Assembly: GCA_039801285.1 (NCBI GenBank)
Contig: JBDRUJ010000001.1
Location: 1 to 38,614, forward strand
Direction of reading: 5' to 3'
Length of the DNA: 38,614 nucleotides
DNA from: a candidate division WOR-3 bacterium
GTDB taxonomy: Bacteria; Hydrothermota; Tepidihabitantia; Tepidihabitantales; Tepidihabitantaceae
Position 1 is the stretch's first letter, and each line of letters starts with the position of its first letter. Below the pieces are notes generated by a model. It saw only the letters and a program-made list of their open reading frames with translations. It searched no databases and was not told the DNA's origin. Below, piece by piece: positions 27,917 to 36,256 of the stretch. The position numbers were made by a program, and so were the translations under genes.

Positions 27917-27960
27917 CGAGCGATTTCTCCGCTCGCCCTTCGGGGCTCGGTCGAAATGAC
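27917..27960. repeat. Intergenic hairpin repeat, copy C (inverted orientation), at the 3' end of the selenium/corrinoid operon
   Basis: The reverse complement reads GTCATTTCGACCGAGCCCCGAAGGGCGAGCGGAGAAATCGCTC. Its first 16 nt are identical to copy B (17220-17235). Confidence 0.6.
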
Positions 27961-27963
27961 AGC

Positions 27964-29019
27964 TCACCCCGTTTTGGCGAAGTGGTGATTTGCGCCAGCC
28001 TCCCGGGCCGCCGTCACAAATGCCCTGATGTTTTCGGCCGGTGTCTCAATCGGCACCTCGCAGCCGGTCGCTGCCACGAACCCTTTGGGGCAGGCTTTCC
28101 CGATTGCTGTCATCCGTCCAACATCGTCTGCCACCTCCTGTGGTGTCCCAAGCCACAGTCCGGTAGTGTCAAGATTGCCGATAATCCGGCACCGGTCTCC
28201 AACCTTGGCTATCGCTTCGGCAAGTCCGATGCGGTCAATGCTCAGAAGGTCTGCACCGCTGTCGGCCATAAGTTCAATCGGAGCGGTTGTGTCGCCGCAG
28301 ATGTGGAGAATTACATCCAGGTCGTAGCGGTGCAGGAATCTGATGACCGCCTGCTCATAGGGCAGGGCAAACTGCCGGTAGTCTTCCGGAGAGATGACAC
28401 TGCCCGATGCCAGGGGGTCAACGAGAATCGGCAGGGCACCGGCATCAATCATCGCCCGGCAGAATGTTATTACCGAGCGGGTAACAAACTCCAGCAGCCG
28501 CTTGACATCATCAGGCCTTTCCACGAGGCCTAGGAGAAATGTCTCAGGGTCAACCAGTTGCTGGGCGGTGGTGAAGGGCGCGGGGATGTAGGCGAGGATG
28601 GGCACGGTGTCGGCCCGGGCCTCATAGGCGCAGCGCGCTGCCGCCCAATAGACCGGGAGCCTGCCATCGCGCATCGGGTTGATGATACCAGCCAGCGGCT
28701 CCGAGCCGTCGGGCAACTCGCGCCACCTGGGCCGAGAGAGGACCGGCAGCTCGTCCTCAGGATATTCAAACCGGGAGCCCAGCGCCTCGGCAACGATGCC
28801 CACCTCGGAAAAGAGCGAGATGAAATCGGTTCCGAACCGCTCCTGGGCCTGGAGTTGACAGCGGGCCATCACTATGCCGTCGGTATAATAATCCCGCAGG
28901 TTGGCGCCGGTAAGACGGGCTGCGGCCGCGGTCAACAGCGGAAAGACCGGGCAGCGGTCCTGCGGCTCATCCATCACCAGAAGGCCGAACCGCTCCCTGG
29001 GGGTCAGGAGGTCCTTCAT
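27964..29019 (-). CDS. URO-D-family (MtaA/MtbA-like) corrinoid methyltransferase, paralogue 2
   Basis: 351-aa ORF with URO-D-fold length. It has the H-x-C...C zinc-ligand pattern of MtaA-type enzymes (ILHICGDTT ... VAATGCEVP). It overlaps the upstream gene by 4 nt. Confidence 0.8.
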   Translation of the reverse strand: MKDLLTPRERFGLLVMDEPQDRCPVFPLLTAAAARLTGANLRDYYTDGIVMARCQLQAQERFGTDFISLFSEVGIVAEALGSRFEYPEDELPVLSRPRWRELPDGSEPLAGIINPMRDGRLPVYWAAARCAYEARADTVPILAYIPAPFTTAQQLVDPETFLLGLVERPDDVKRLLEFVTRSVITFCRAMIDAGALPILVDPLASGSVISPEDYRQFALPYEQAVIRFLHRYDLDVILHICGDTTAPIELMADSGADLLSIDRIGLAEAIAKVGDRCRIIGNLDTTGLWLGTPQEVADDVGRMTAIGKACPKGFVAATGCEVPIETPAENIRAFVTAAREAGANHHFAKTG

Positions 29020-30416
29020 CGCCGGCTCCGGAGGAGTTCGAGAAAGGCGTCAATCCGCGTTAGGGTCTGCCGGTCAATCTCCGGCCCAGGTGCACCGACA
29101 TCAAACTCCAGAATCGGCAAATCAAGCGCCTCCCGGACATAATCGGCAATCAGCCGCGACTCCATAGCACAGTGGGAACCTCCAAAGACTCCGGAAACGA
29201 TAATGCCTTCGGCACCTTGCTCCCGTGCCTGCCTGATGACCGACTCGGCACGTTGCCGGCTTGTTCCAATCAGCGATGCGGCCATGAAGGAGCGGGCAAT
29301 TGCCCTGAGCCCCTGGGTGATGTCCGACCGGTCTGTTTTGACCGAACAGAAGTCAATCTCCGCCAATGCCTGGTTGATAACGAACTCCGTTCCCACCACC
29401 CTAGCTCCCCGGTCCTCGACATAGCACAAAAGCAGAGGGTCGGCCGGAGGCGTGACCCAGACCAGGCGCAAGGCATCTTCGGACAGAACCCTTTGACCAT
29501 GTTGAACCCGGGACCGGGCTAGCGCCAGGAGATGTGCAACAATTTCCGTCCACTCAGCAATGTCCGAATAGTAGTGCAGGTTTCCGAACTCGACAACCAT
29601 CATCTCCAGGGCGGGCAGGACACCTTGACCATAGGCCAGCTTGCGCAGTTGGGCAACCATCCGCCGCACCCGGTTGGTCCGGCTGATACCGGCAGAAAGT
29701 TCGGCAGGGGTCAACCGGTGGCCGGTCAACTCCTCAAGCCTTGCGACAACCCGGCGATACTCCTCAACCAAGAGCTCAACCGCACCGCCGTTCTGCTCCT
29801 GGCGCAACGGGGTCTCCACCCAGAGGACATCACCGACCAGCCACTCAACCAGCTGTTCGACACCCGAATAGTCGTCACAGGAGGCGCCAGTGGCGGCAAT
29901 CACCAGGTCCGGGTCGGGAAAGTAGGCGTGTTTGGCAAATGCCCCGAGCGCTGCCCGGGAGAAGCAGCTCGCCTCACCGATGCCCAGCCGGGCCGCAGCC
30001 TCGAACAGGACATTGCTCTCCATGACAAACGGTGTCCACCAGATGCAGTCGGGATAGAACGCCAGACAACCGGGAAATGAGTTGACAATCACCGGCAGGG
30101 CACCAAGGTCGCCCATCGTGGCAATCACCCGGCGGCCGGTCTGCCGGGCCCGGAAGAGCCGCTCGGTCTCGTTCTGGACAAAACCCCACATCCGCAGGCA
30201 GGCAAGGGAGTTGTCAAACTTCAGCCGGCGCAGATGCCGGGCACCGTAAAGGGCAAAGGTCTGGGGCGGGAACAGATACTTGGACCACGACTCCTGATTC
30301 GGTGGAAAATAGTGATAGCGCTCAATCAGTTCGTCGGGAATCTTCTGAAACAGTTCGCCCCACTCTTCGAATGTGACTCTTGCGGCGGGCGGGTTTTGGT
30401 AATGGGCCCGGCTCAC
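29016..30416 (-). CDS. 2-hydroxyacyl-CoA dehydratase / benzoyl-CoA reductase BcrC-BadD-HgdB family protein (large subunit-like)
   Basis: 466-aa ORF. It has the HGD-D-family pattern (RVIATMGDLGALPVIVNSFPG, conserved Cys positions ...GEASCFSRAALG..., ...ATGASCDDY...). It overlaps the upstream gene by 4 nt. Confidence 0.7.
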   Translation of the reverse strand: MSRAHYQNPPAARVTFEEWGELFQKIPDELIERYHYFPPNQESWSKYLFPPQTFALYGARHLRRLKFDNSLACLRMWGFVQNETERLFRARQTGRRVIATMGDLGALPVIVNSFPGCLAFYPDCIWWTPFVMESNVLFEAAARLGIGEASCFSRAALGAFAKHAYFPDPDLVIAATGASCDDYSGVEQLVEWLVGDVLWVETPLRQEQNGGAVELLVEEYRRVVARLEELTGHRLTPAELSAGISRTNRVRRMVAQLRKLAYGQGVLPALEMMVVEFGNLHYYSDIAEWTEIVAHLLALARSRVQHGQRVLSEDALRLVWVTPPADPLLLCYVEDRGARVVGTEFVINQALAEIDFCSVKTDRSDITQGLRAIARSFMAASLIGTSRQRAESVIRQAREQGAEGIIVSGVFGGSHCAMESRLIADYVREALDLPILEFDVGAPGPEIDRQTLTRIDAFLELLRSRR

Positions 30417-31534
30417 AGGTTCTCCAGAAAGGCCTCAATCCTTGTCCGGACCTGCTGACGATTCTCGGTGGAGTAGTCGCTATCGAGGTGGAGGACCGGA
30501 ATTCCGAGCACTGCTTTGAGTCGGGGGACCTCAAAACTCCAGGCATCACAGTAGAGCAGTGTCTTGAACACCAGCCCCTGGACCCGGCGTCTTCTGATGA
30601 GCTCATGCGCGGCCTGATAGAGACCGCTGTTGGGGCGGCGGCACATGCAGGCGGTGCGGGTGAAATAGAAGCGGGCAAGTGCCGCAAGCGGTTCATCACC
30701 GGGTATCAGGTCCGAATCGAACCAGCGCGTGCCGGTGCACCAGAGGTCGGCAACCACAAGGGCACGTTCTTCAATTGTCTCCAGAATCCACCGGTCGTCT
30801 TCGGTAACGATGCTGCCGCCCGCCATCAGCCGGGGCCGGAGGCCAACCGCCTGAGGCCTCACGGCCGAGACAAGATGCTCCAGAAGCGATGACAGCAGTT
30901 CAGCTCCGGCATTGGGGTCAAGGAGCCAGGCAACCGCGGCGATATCCAAGAGCTGACTTTGGGAAATCGGCGGATGGTCGGCATCGCGCAGGCTGTCCAG
31001 CCTTCTCAACCCTTGGCGCAGCCGGTTGAAGACCACAATCGCCTCCACCAGGCTGTTATCTGTCAGACCCGACCCGCAGAAGGACCCGAGCCAGTCGGCA
31101 AGGAGCTTCAGTTGGCGCCGGAACTCGTCGATTCTGTGAGGGAGCGGCTCGGAGGTCCTAGAGAGATACACCTGAAATGTCGGGATGGAAAGGTGATGTC
31201 CAATTACCTCCGGCAACCGGCGCATCATGTCACAGGTGTTCACCGCCACCACCGCATCAACCAGCCGGAACACCGGGTCGGATGGAAAATTGCCCAGACA
31301 GGCACGGCAGAACGGACAGGCATCGGCCCGCAAAAACCGTCTGCCGCTATCTGCCGCCTCACTTCCACCCCGCATCAGCCGGACCGGAATCGCACCGGCC
31401 GCCCGAATCAATTCAACCGGTGCGTAGAGGCAGAAGTAGCCGATGACCTTCTGCCCCCCTTCCTTCAGCTTTTGCAGCTCCTCAACCCGTGCGCTACGCA
31501 ACTGGGCAAGCCTTGCGCCAATCCTCATTGCCAT
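30413..31534 (-). CDS. 2-hydroxyacyl-CoA dehydratase family protein (second subunit-like)
   Basis: 373-aa ORF. The N-terminal KVIGYFCLYAPVELIRAAGAIPVRL is the typical HGD-D start. Cys-rich segments are ADACPFCRACLG and VNTCDMM. It overlaps the activase gene by 10 nt. Confidence 0.7.
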   Translation of the reverse strand: MAMRIGARLAQLRSARVEELQKLKEGGQKVIGYFCLYAPVELIRAAGAIPVRLMRGGSEAADSGRRFLRADACPFCRACLGNFPSDPVFRLVDAVVAVNTCDMMRRLPEVIGHHLSIPTFQVYLSRTSEPLPHRIDEFRRQLKLLADWLGSFCGSGLTDNSLVEAIVVFNRLRQGLRRLDSLRDADHPPISQSQLLDIAAVAWLLDPNAGAELLSSLLEHLVSAVRPQAVGLRPRLMAGGSIVTEDDRWILETIEERALVVADLWCTGTRWFDSDLIPGDEPLAALARFYFTRTACMCRRPNSGLYQAAHELIRRRRVQGLVFKTLLYCDAWSFEVPRLKAVLGIPVLHLDSDYSTENRQQVRTRIEAFLENL

Positions 31535-32931
31535 GGTTCCAGGTTCATCGAAGTGATAAATGCCGTCTCAAAGTCGGGATGACGGCTCAGCTCTATTTCC
31601 TGACAGCGCCGGGCAACAGACTCAGCAATCCTCAGAAGCTCACGGTTGTAGGTGGCACGAATTGCTCCGAGAAGCGCCAGGTTGGGATGCTGACGGATGA
31701 TTCTAGGCCGGACAGCGGGCAGAAGTCCAATTCTGATTGCCGATTCCGGCCTGAGGGCTGCTCCGAACCGGCCGGTAATGAACAACCTTTCGATTGCCGT
31801 TGCCGAAACGCCCCATTCCCGGAAAAGAATCCGGACCGCTGCAGCAATCGCCGCTTTGGCAAGTTGAACTTCACGGAGGTCGGCTTGAGAGAGATAGACA
31901 CCGTTCTCATTATCACGAAACAACCAGAGTCGTTTGTCATACCGCAGCCGGCCGGTGCAGTCTATTCGGCCGGTTTCCAATCCCGCGGCCACCGCATCCA
32001 GGACACCCGAGCCGCAGATTGTTGCCGGTTGACGCTTTCCGATGATATCGAGACGGAATCCGTTACGGCCTGGCCTCACCGCCGTGACCGCTCCCGGCTG
32101 TGCCAGACTGCCGCACTCCAGACTCGGCCCCTCAAATGCCGGCCCGGCCGCAGTGGAACAGACCAGCAGTCGCTCCGAATTTCCGAGGACAACTTCACCA
32201 TTGGTACCGGCGTCAACGAGAAGCGCAAGCCTCTTGCTCCGGTGCATCCCTGAGGCAAGAATTGCGGCCGTGCAGTCACTGCCAACAAAGCTGCCCAGAA
32301 GCGGAAGGACCCTGATTCGGCCTTGACGCACCATCCGCTTCAAGGGCAGTTTTGAGCGATAGGGATAATGTCCCAGACCGGCCGGACTTCGGTCAAAAAG
32401 AAAGTGAATCATCACCGTATTACCAACCACCGTTGCCGGCTCCCTCGGTGCTATTCCAACTTGGCGCATAAAACCGGTCAGGACATCCTTCACCGGCGCC
32501 GCTCTGCGAACCTTTCGTTCCCGGGCAATCCGGCTCATCACATCAAAACCGAATACAATCTGAGGATTGAGCAGTTCCCGACGCCGGACCACGCGCCGAC
32601 TGAGAACATCCACCGCTGCCAAGGAGATTGTTGTCGTGCCGATGTCGGCAGCCAGCCGGCACACGACGCCTGACGCCGGAGGCTCGACGCCCAACATTGA
32701 AAAGGGTGGGCTGCCGGCTCGGGGCCGGGAGCTGACGACCGTAACCGGTTCCACCGGAACGAACTGACAGGCGAGGACCACCCTTCTCCCATGCCGGTCC
32801 TGAATTTGAACCCGGCACCGGCCACATTTTCCCTTACCACCGCACTCCGACCGGACAACAACCCCAACCTCCGCCAGCAACTGACTCAGCCGCTTGCCAT
32901 GCTGCGGCAGGATGGTTCTGACATCCGACAT
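31525..32931 (-). CDS. Corrinoid reductive activase (RACo/RamA-type): N-terminal [2Fe-2S] ferredoxin domain plus ASKHA ATPase domain
   Basis: 468-aa ORF. CGGKGKCGRCRV...LAC is a plant-type 2Fe-2S motif. DIGTTTISLA and LLVDAGTNGEV are ASKHA phosphate-binding motifs. Its start abuts the stop of the upstream methyltransferase gene. Confidence 0.8.
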   Translation of the reverse strand: MSDVRTILPQHGKRLSQLLAEVGVVVRSECGGKGKCGRCRVQIQDRHGRRVVLACQFVPVEPVTVVSSRPRAGSPPFSMLGVEPPASGVVCRLAADIGTTTISLAAVDVLSRRVVRRRELLNPQIVFGFDVMSRIARERKVRRAAPVKDVLTGFMRQVGIAPREPATVVGNTVMIHFLFDRSPAGLGHYPYRSKLPLKRMVRQGRIRVLPLLGSFVGSDCTAAILASGMHRSKRLALLVDAGTNGEVVLGNSERLLVCSTAAGPAFEGPSLECGSLAQPGAVTAVRPGRNGFRLDIIGKRQPATICGSGVLDAVAAGLETGRIDCTGRLRYDKRLWLFRDNENGVYLSQADLREVQLAKAAIAAAVRILFREWGVSATAIERLFITGRFGAALRPESAIRIGLLPAVRPRIIRQHPNLALLGAIRATYNRELLRIAESVARRCQEIELSRHPDFETAFITSMNLEPWQ

Positions 32932-33939
32932 CTAAGCCTGCCACTCCCGCGCCACCTGAACCAGTGCCCGGACGTTTTCGGATGGCGCATCTACCGGCAC
33001 ATCACAGGCCGAAGAGAGAACGAGGCTGGGCAGCCCCCTTTTCAGACATTCATGGGCAGCAGTCCGGACCTGTTCTGGTGTTCCCTCAAGCAGCAGCGAA
33101 GTGGAAACATTACCCATCACCACCGTTTTGGGCCCGAGCCGTTTTCGAACTAGGTTCATGTCCATCTCGTCAATACTCAAAACATCGGCACCGGTCTCCC
33201 TCATCATTGGCAATATCGCTGAGCTGTCACCGCAGATGTGCAGACCGGTCCAACTCCGTTGGTGATGAATCTCTTGGACGAGCGCGGTCAAATAGGGCTC
33301 GGCAAACTCCTGGAACATCGTGGGACTGATAATACTGCCTGAGGCCATCGGGTCGCCGATAAAGGGCACGCCTCCTCTATTCACAATCGCCCTGACGAAC
33401 CGCCGTTGATTCTCCAGTGCCGCCTTAAGAAACCGGTGGGCCCGGCTGGGCTCTTCAAGCAGGTCGGTGAGAAACCGCTCGGTTCCGGCGAGAAAGGATG
33501 CCAGAGAGAAGGGGCCCTTCAGAGATGTCACAACAAAAACCTCATTGCCGACCAGTTCCTTGAGCCGCTCGGTCGCCTCCAGCACCACCGGCATCCGGCC
33601 CGAGGCCTCCGGGTCGGCCGGCTCAAGTCCTGCCTCATCAGCCGGCTCCAATAACACCGGTGCATCATCATGAGGAATTGCCACTTGGCAACCCATAGCC
33701 TCCGCCTCAACCAGGACGTCGCTGAAGACCATCACGAGGTCATAGCGATAATGTTGATAGGCAGCGAATAGAACCTGAGCCAGAACATCGGGTCTGGTCA
33801 GGGTTAGGTGCAGTGGCGTCCGGGCAAGTCGCGCGGCATGATTGGCCACCACCAGTGGAAAGACAACCGGTTGGTTTATCAGGTTGCCTTGGAGCAGGGC
33901 TGTGACTCTCTCCCTGCCGGTTCTGTCAGGAACCACCAC
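32932..33939 (-). CDS. URO-D-family (MtaA/MtbA-like) corrinoid methyltransferase, paralogue 1
   Basis: 335-aa ORF. It has the H-x-C...C zinc-ligand pattern (GLHICGDSS ... LSSACDVP). It overlaps the corrinoid-protein gene by 14 nt. Confidence 0.8.
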   Translation of the reverse strand: MVVPDRTGRERVTALLQGNLINQPVVFPLVVANHAARLARTPLHLTLTRPDVLAQVLFAAYQHYRYDLVMVFSDVLVEAEAMGCQVAIPHDDAPVLLEPADEAGLEPADPEASGRMPVVLEATERLKELVGNEVFVVTSLKGPFSLASFLAGTERFLTDLLEEPSRAHRFLKAALENQRRFVRAIVNRGGVPFIGDPMASGSIISPTMFQEFAEPYLTALVQEIHHQRSWTGLHICGDSSAILPMMRETGADVLSIDEMDMNLVRKRLGPKTVVMGNVSTSLLLEGTPEQVRTAAHECLKRGLPSLVLSSACDVPVDAPSENVRALVQVAREWQA

Positions 33940-34573
33940 CAGTCAGCCGCTCAATCTCAAGGACTGCGCCATGGGCATCGGGTGCATAGCCGTCCGCGCC
34001 GATGCGCCGGGCAAACTCTGATGTCACCGGTGCGCCACCGACAATCACCTTAACCCGTTCGCGCAGTCCCGACCGCTTCAGCGCCTCAATCACCTTCCCC
34101 ATCTTCGGCATTGTGGTGGTCATGAGTGATGAGAGCCCAATCACCCGAGTGCCCTCCTCGGCCGCCTTGACAAATGCCGCAACCGGCACATCCCGTCCGA
34201 GGTCAAGGACCTCAAACCCTGCGGCCTCGACCATAACCTTGACGATGTTCTTGCCGATGTCGTGGATGTCGCCCTGCACCACACCCAGCGCAACCCGGCC
34301 TCGGCCCCGCGGCCGGATGGTCAGCCCTTCCTTCAGGATGTCAAAGCCCGCGTACATCGCCTTGGAGGCAGCCAGAACCTGCGGCACAAAAAACTCCTTA
34401 GCCGCGAACTTCTCGCCCACCCGGCGCATGCCCATTGCCAAGCCCTGATTGATTGCCAGTTCAGCCGCTACGCCATTCTCAATGGCCTGCTGCGCGAGGC
34501 GGACAACTCGTTCAACCTTCATCTCAACAACCGCCTGCGCCAGCTGCGCCAGCAGTTCGGAACATTCCGCCAT
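33926..34573 (-). CDS. Corrinoid (cobalamin-binding) methyl-carrier protein
   Basis: 215-aa ORF with an N-terminal helical cap domain followed by a Rossmann B12-binding domain. The latter carries the base-off/His-on DxHxxG motif (VQGDIHDIGKN) and SSLMTTT...GG. Confidence 0.9.
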   Translation of the reverse strand: MAECSELLAQLAQAVVEMKVERVVRLAQQAIENGVAAELAINQGLAMGMRRVGEKFAAKEFFVPQVLAASKAMYAGFDILKEGLTIRPRGRGRVALGVVQGDIHDIGKNIVKVMVEAAGFEVLDLGRDVPVAAFVKAAEEGTRVIGLSSLMTTTMPKMGKVIEALKRSGLRERVKVIVGGAPVTSEFARRIGADGYAPDAHGAVLEIERLTGGGS

Positions 34574-34612
34574 TAAGTTATCTTACCAATTGCGCGCCGG
34601 TTGGCAACAGAA

Positions 34613-35650
34613 TCAAATCACCCGCACCACTCCGGGGCCTGACTCGACCCTGCCAACTATTGCCGCCGCCTCCACGCCTAAACTGTGCAGCCGCTCGAGA
34701 AGTCCGCCGCTCCGCTCGTCAGGGACTGAAATCAAAAGCCCGCCCGAAGTCTGGGCATCGCACAGTAGCAGCCGTTGCTCTTCGCTGACCGAAGGGGCGA
34801 AGCGGGCGCGGTCCTTCATGAACTCATAGTTCTTTATTGAGCCGCCTGGAAACAGACCCTGCGGTGCCAGCTGGAGCGCCTCGGGGATGACCGGAACCTT
34901 ACCGGCATCAATCACAACCTCCACCCTGCTGGCCTGCGCCATCTCCCAGACATGACCCAACAGGCCGAAACCGGTCACATCGGTTGCGGCATTCACCCCC
35001 ACCGCAGCCATTATCTCAGCCGCAACCCGGTTGAGACTGGTCATCACCCGGTTGGCCTGTTTGACTGCTGAAATCGGCGCCATGTCGGCGCGGGCCGCGG
35101 TGGTAATGATGCCGGTGCCGAGCGGTTTCGTTAGAATCAGCACATCCCCTGGTCTGGCTCCGGCATTGGTGACAATCCGTTCCGGATGGACCAGCCCGAC
35201 GACCGCCAGCCCACACTTCAACTCAACATCCCTGGTGGTGTGACCACCGGCAATCACTGCATCCGCCTCTCTCACCTTTTCCCAGGCACCGGCCAGAATG
35301 GTCTGGACTGTGGTGTGGGCCAGCTCGCCGACCGGGAATCCAAGAATGCAGAGTGCTGCCACCGGTCTCCCACCCATCGCATAGACATCGGAAAGGGAGT
35401 TGGCAGCGGCAACTTGACCGAAGATGAACGGGTCTTCACACACCGGTGTCAGCACATCAACGGTCAAAACCAGTGCCTCGTCCGGTCCAATCCGGAAGAC
35501 GCCGGCGTCGTCAAATGTGTCACCACCGACCAAGAGGTCGGGATGGGTAAAGGCCGGAAGCCGCTGCAGAACCTGCAGCAGGTCTGCCTGGCAGACCTTG
35601 CTTGCTCAGCCGGCGGCCTTGGCAAAGTCGAAGAGTCGGCGTCCGCTCAT
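34613..35650 (-). CDS. selD: Selenide, water dikinase (selenophosphate synthetase) SelD, selenocysteine-containing, with in-frame UGA at 35606-35608
   Basis: The ORF track starts at 35533. The same frame continues upstream through a single TGA to ATG at 35650 (RBS GAGGGGAAG): MSGRRLFDFAKAAG-U-ASKVCQADLLQVLQRLPAFTHPDLLVGGDTFDDAGVF. U aligns with Cys17 and the following K with Lys20 of the E. coli SelD motif GAGCGCK. Total length is 345 aa, typical of SelD. Confidence 0.88.
35563..35605 (-). promoter_or_regulatory. Candidate bacterial SECIS stem-loops immediately 3' of the selD UGA
   Basis: On the mRNA, UGA is followed by GCAAGCAA and then GGUCUGCCAGGCAGACC (7-bp stem, 35597-35581). Next comes GCUGCAGGUUCUGCAGC (7-bp stem, 35579-35563). 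The first loop region contains the GGUCUGC string that I recall from the E. coli fdhF SECIS apex. Confidence 0.45.
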
Positions 35651-35662
35651 AAACTTCCCCTC

Positions 35663-36256
35663 TCAGATGCGCACAACCTGCGTCCCGGACATCATGATTT
35701 CTGCCAGTTCGAACATGTTGGATACCAGGCCGATTCGGACCTGTTCCTTGAGTCCGTAGTAATCAAGACAGGTTCCGCACACGCGGATTGTTACTCCCAG
35801 TTCCTCAAGTTTCCTGAGCACATCCAAAACTGCAGAACCCTCGACTGCCAACTTGACACCACCATGAACAAGGAGAGGCTGGGACGGCCGGGGCTCCACC
35901 TCGCAAAGCGAACGGAGGAAAAGCTGCATCAGGAGCCTGCCCAGCTTCTCACTGCCCGAGCCGAATCCTTCAGAGCTAATGAGCACAACGCTGCTTGCCG
36001 GTATCCGTTGCGGCTCTTGGGATTTGCCGGGTTTGAGCTCGACCACATAGATTCCCGGCCCCGCTTCTGAATAGGACACTTCGTAGCCCCGGCTCTGGGC
36101 AAACCGGGCAATGTTGGCGCGCGCTTCCGGGCTGCCAGTAATCACCCGGACAGTCTTGCCTGGATTCGCCTCGAGGGCGGCGCGGGTGCGGACCACCGGT
36201 TCCGGACAGACCAGACCACGGACATCCACCTCTAGCGCAAGAGATTCACTATTCAT
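35663..36256 (-). CDS. yedF: YedF-like selenium metabolism protein (TusA/SirA-like domain fused to a DsrE-like domain)
   Basis: The start is chosen at ATG 36256 (MNSESLALEVDVRGLVCPEP...) because GAAGGAGG lies 5 nt upstream, and because the extra 47 N-terminal aa of the ORF-track version look non-coding. The CPxP motif of TusA-like sulfur/selenium carriers is present. The C-terminal half is DsrE-like (VVLISSEGFGSG...VRVCGTCLDYYG). Confidence 0.75.
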   Translation of the reverse strand: MNSESLALEVDVRGLVCPEPVVRTRAALEANPGKTVRVITGSPEARANIARFAQSRGYEVSYSEAGPGIYVVELKPGKSQEPQRIPASSVVLISSEGFGSGSEKLGRLLMQLFLRSLCEVEPRPSQPLLVHGGVKLAVEGSAVLDVLRKLEELGVTIRVCGTCLDYYGLKEQVRIGLVSNMFELAEIMMSGTQVVRI

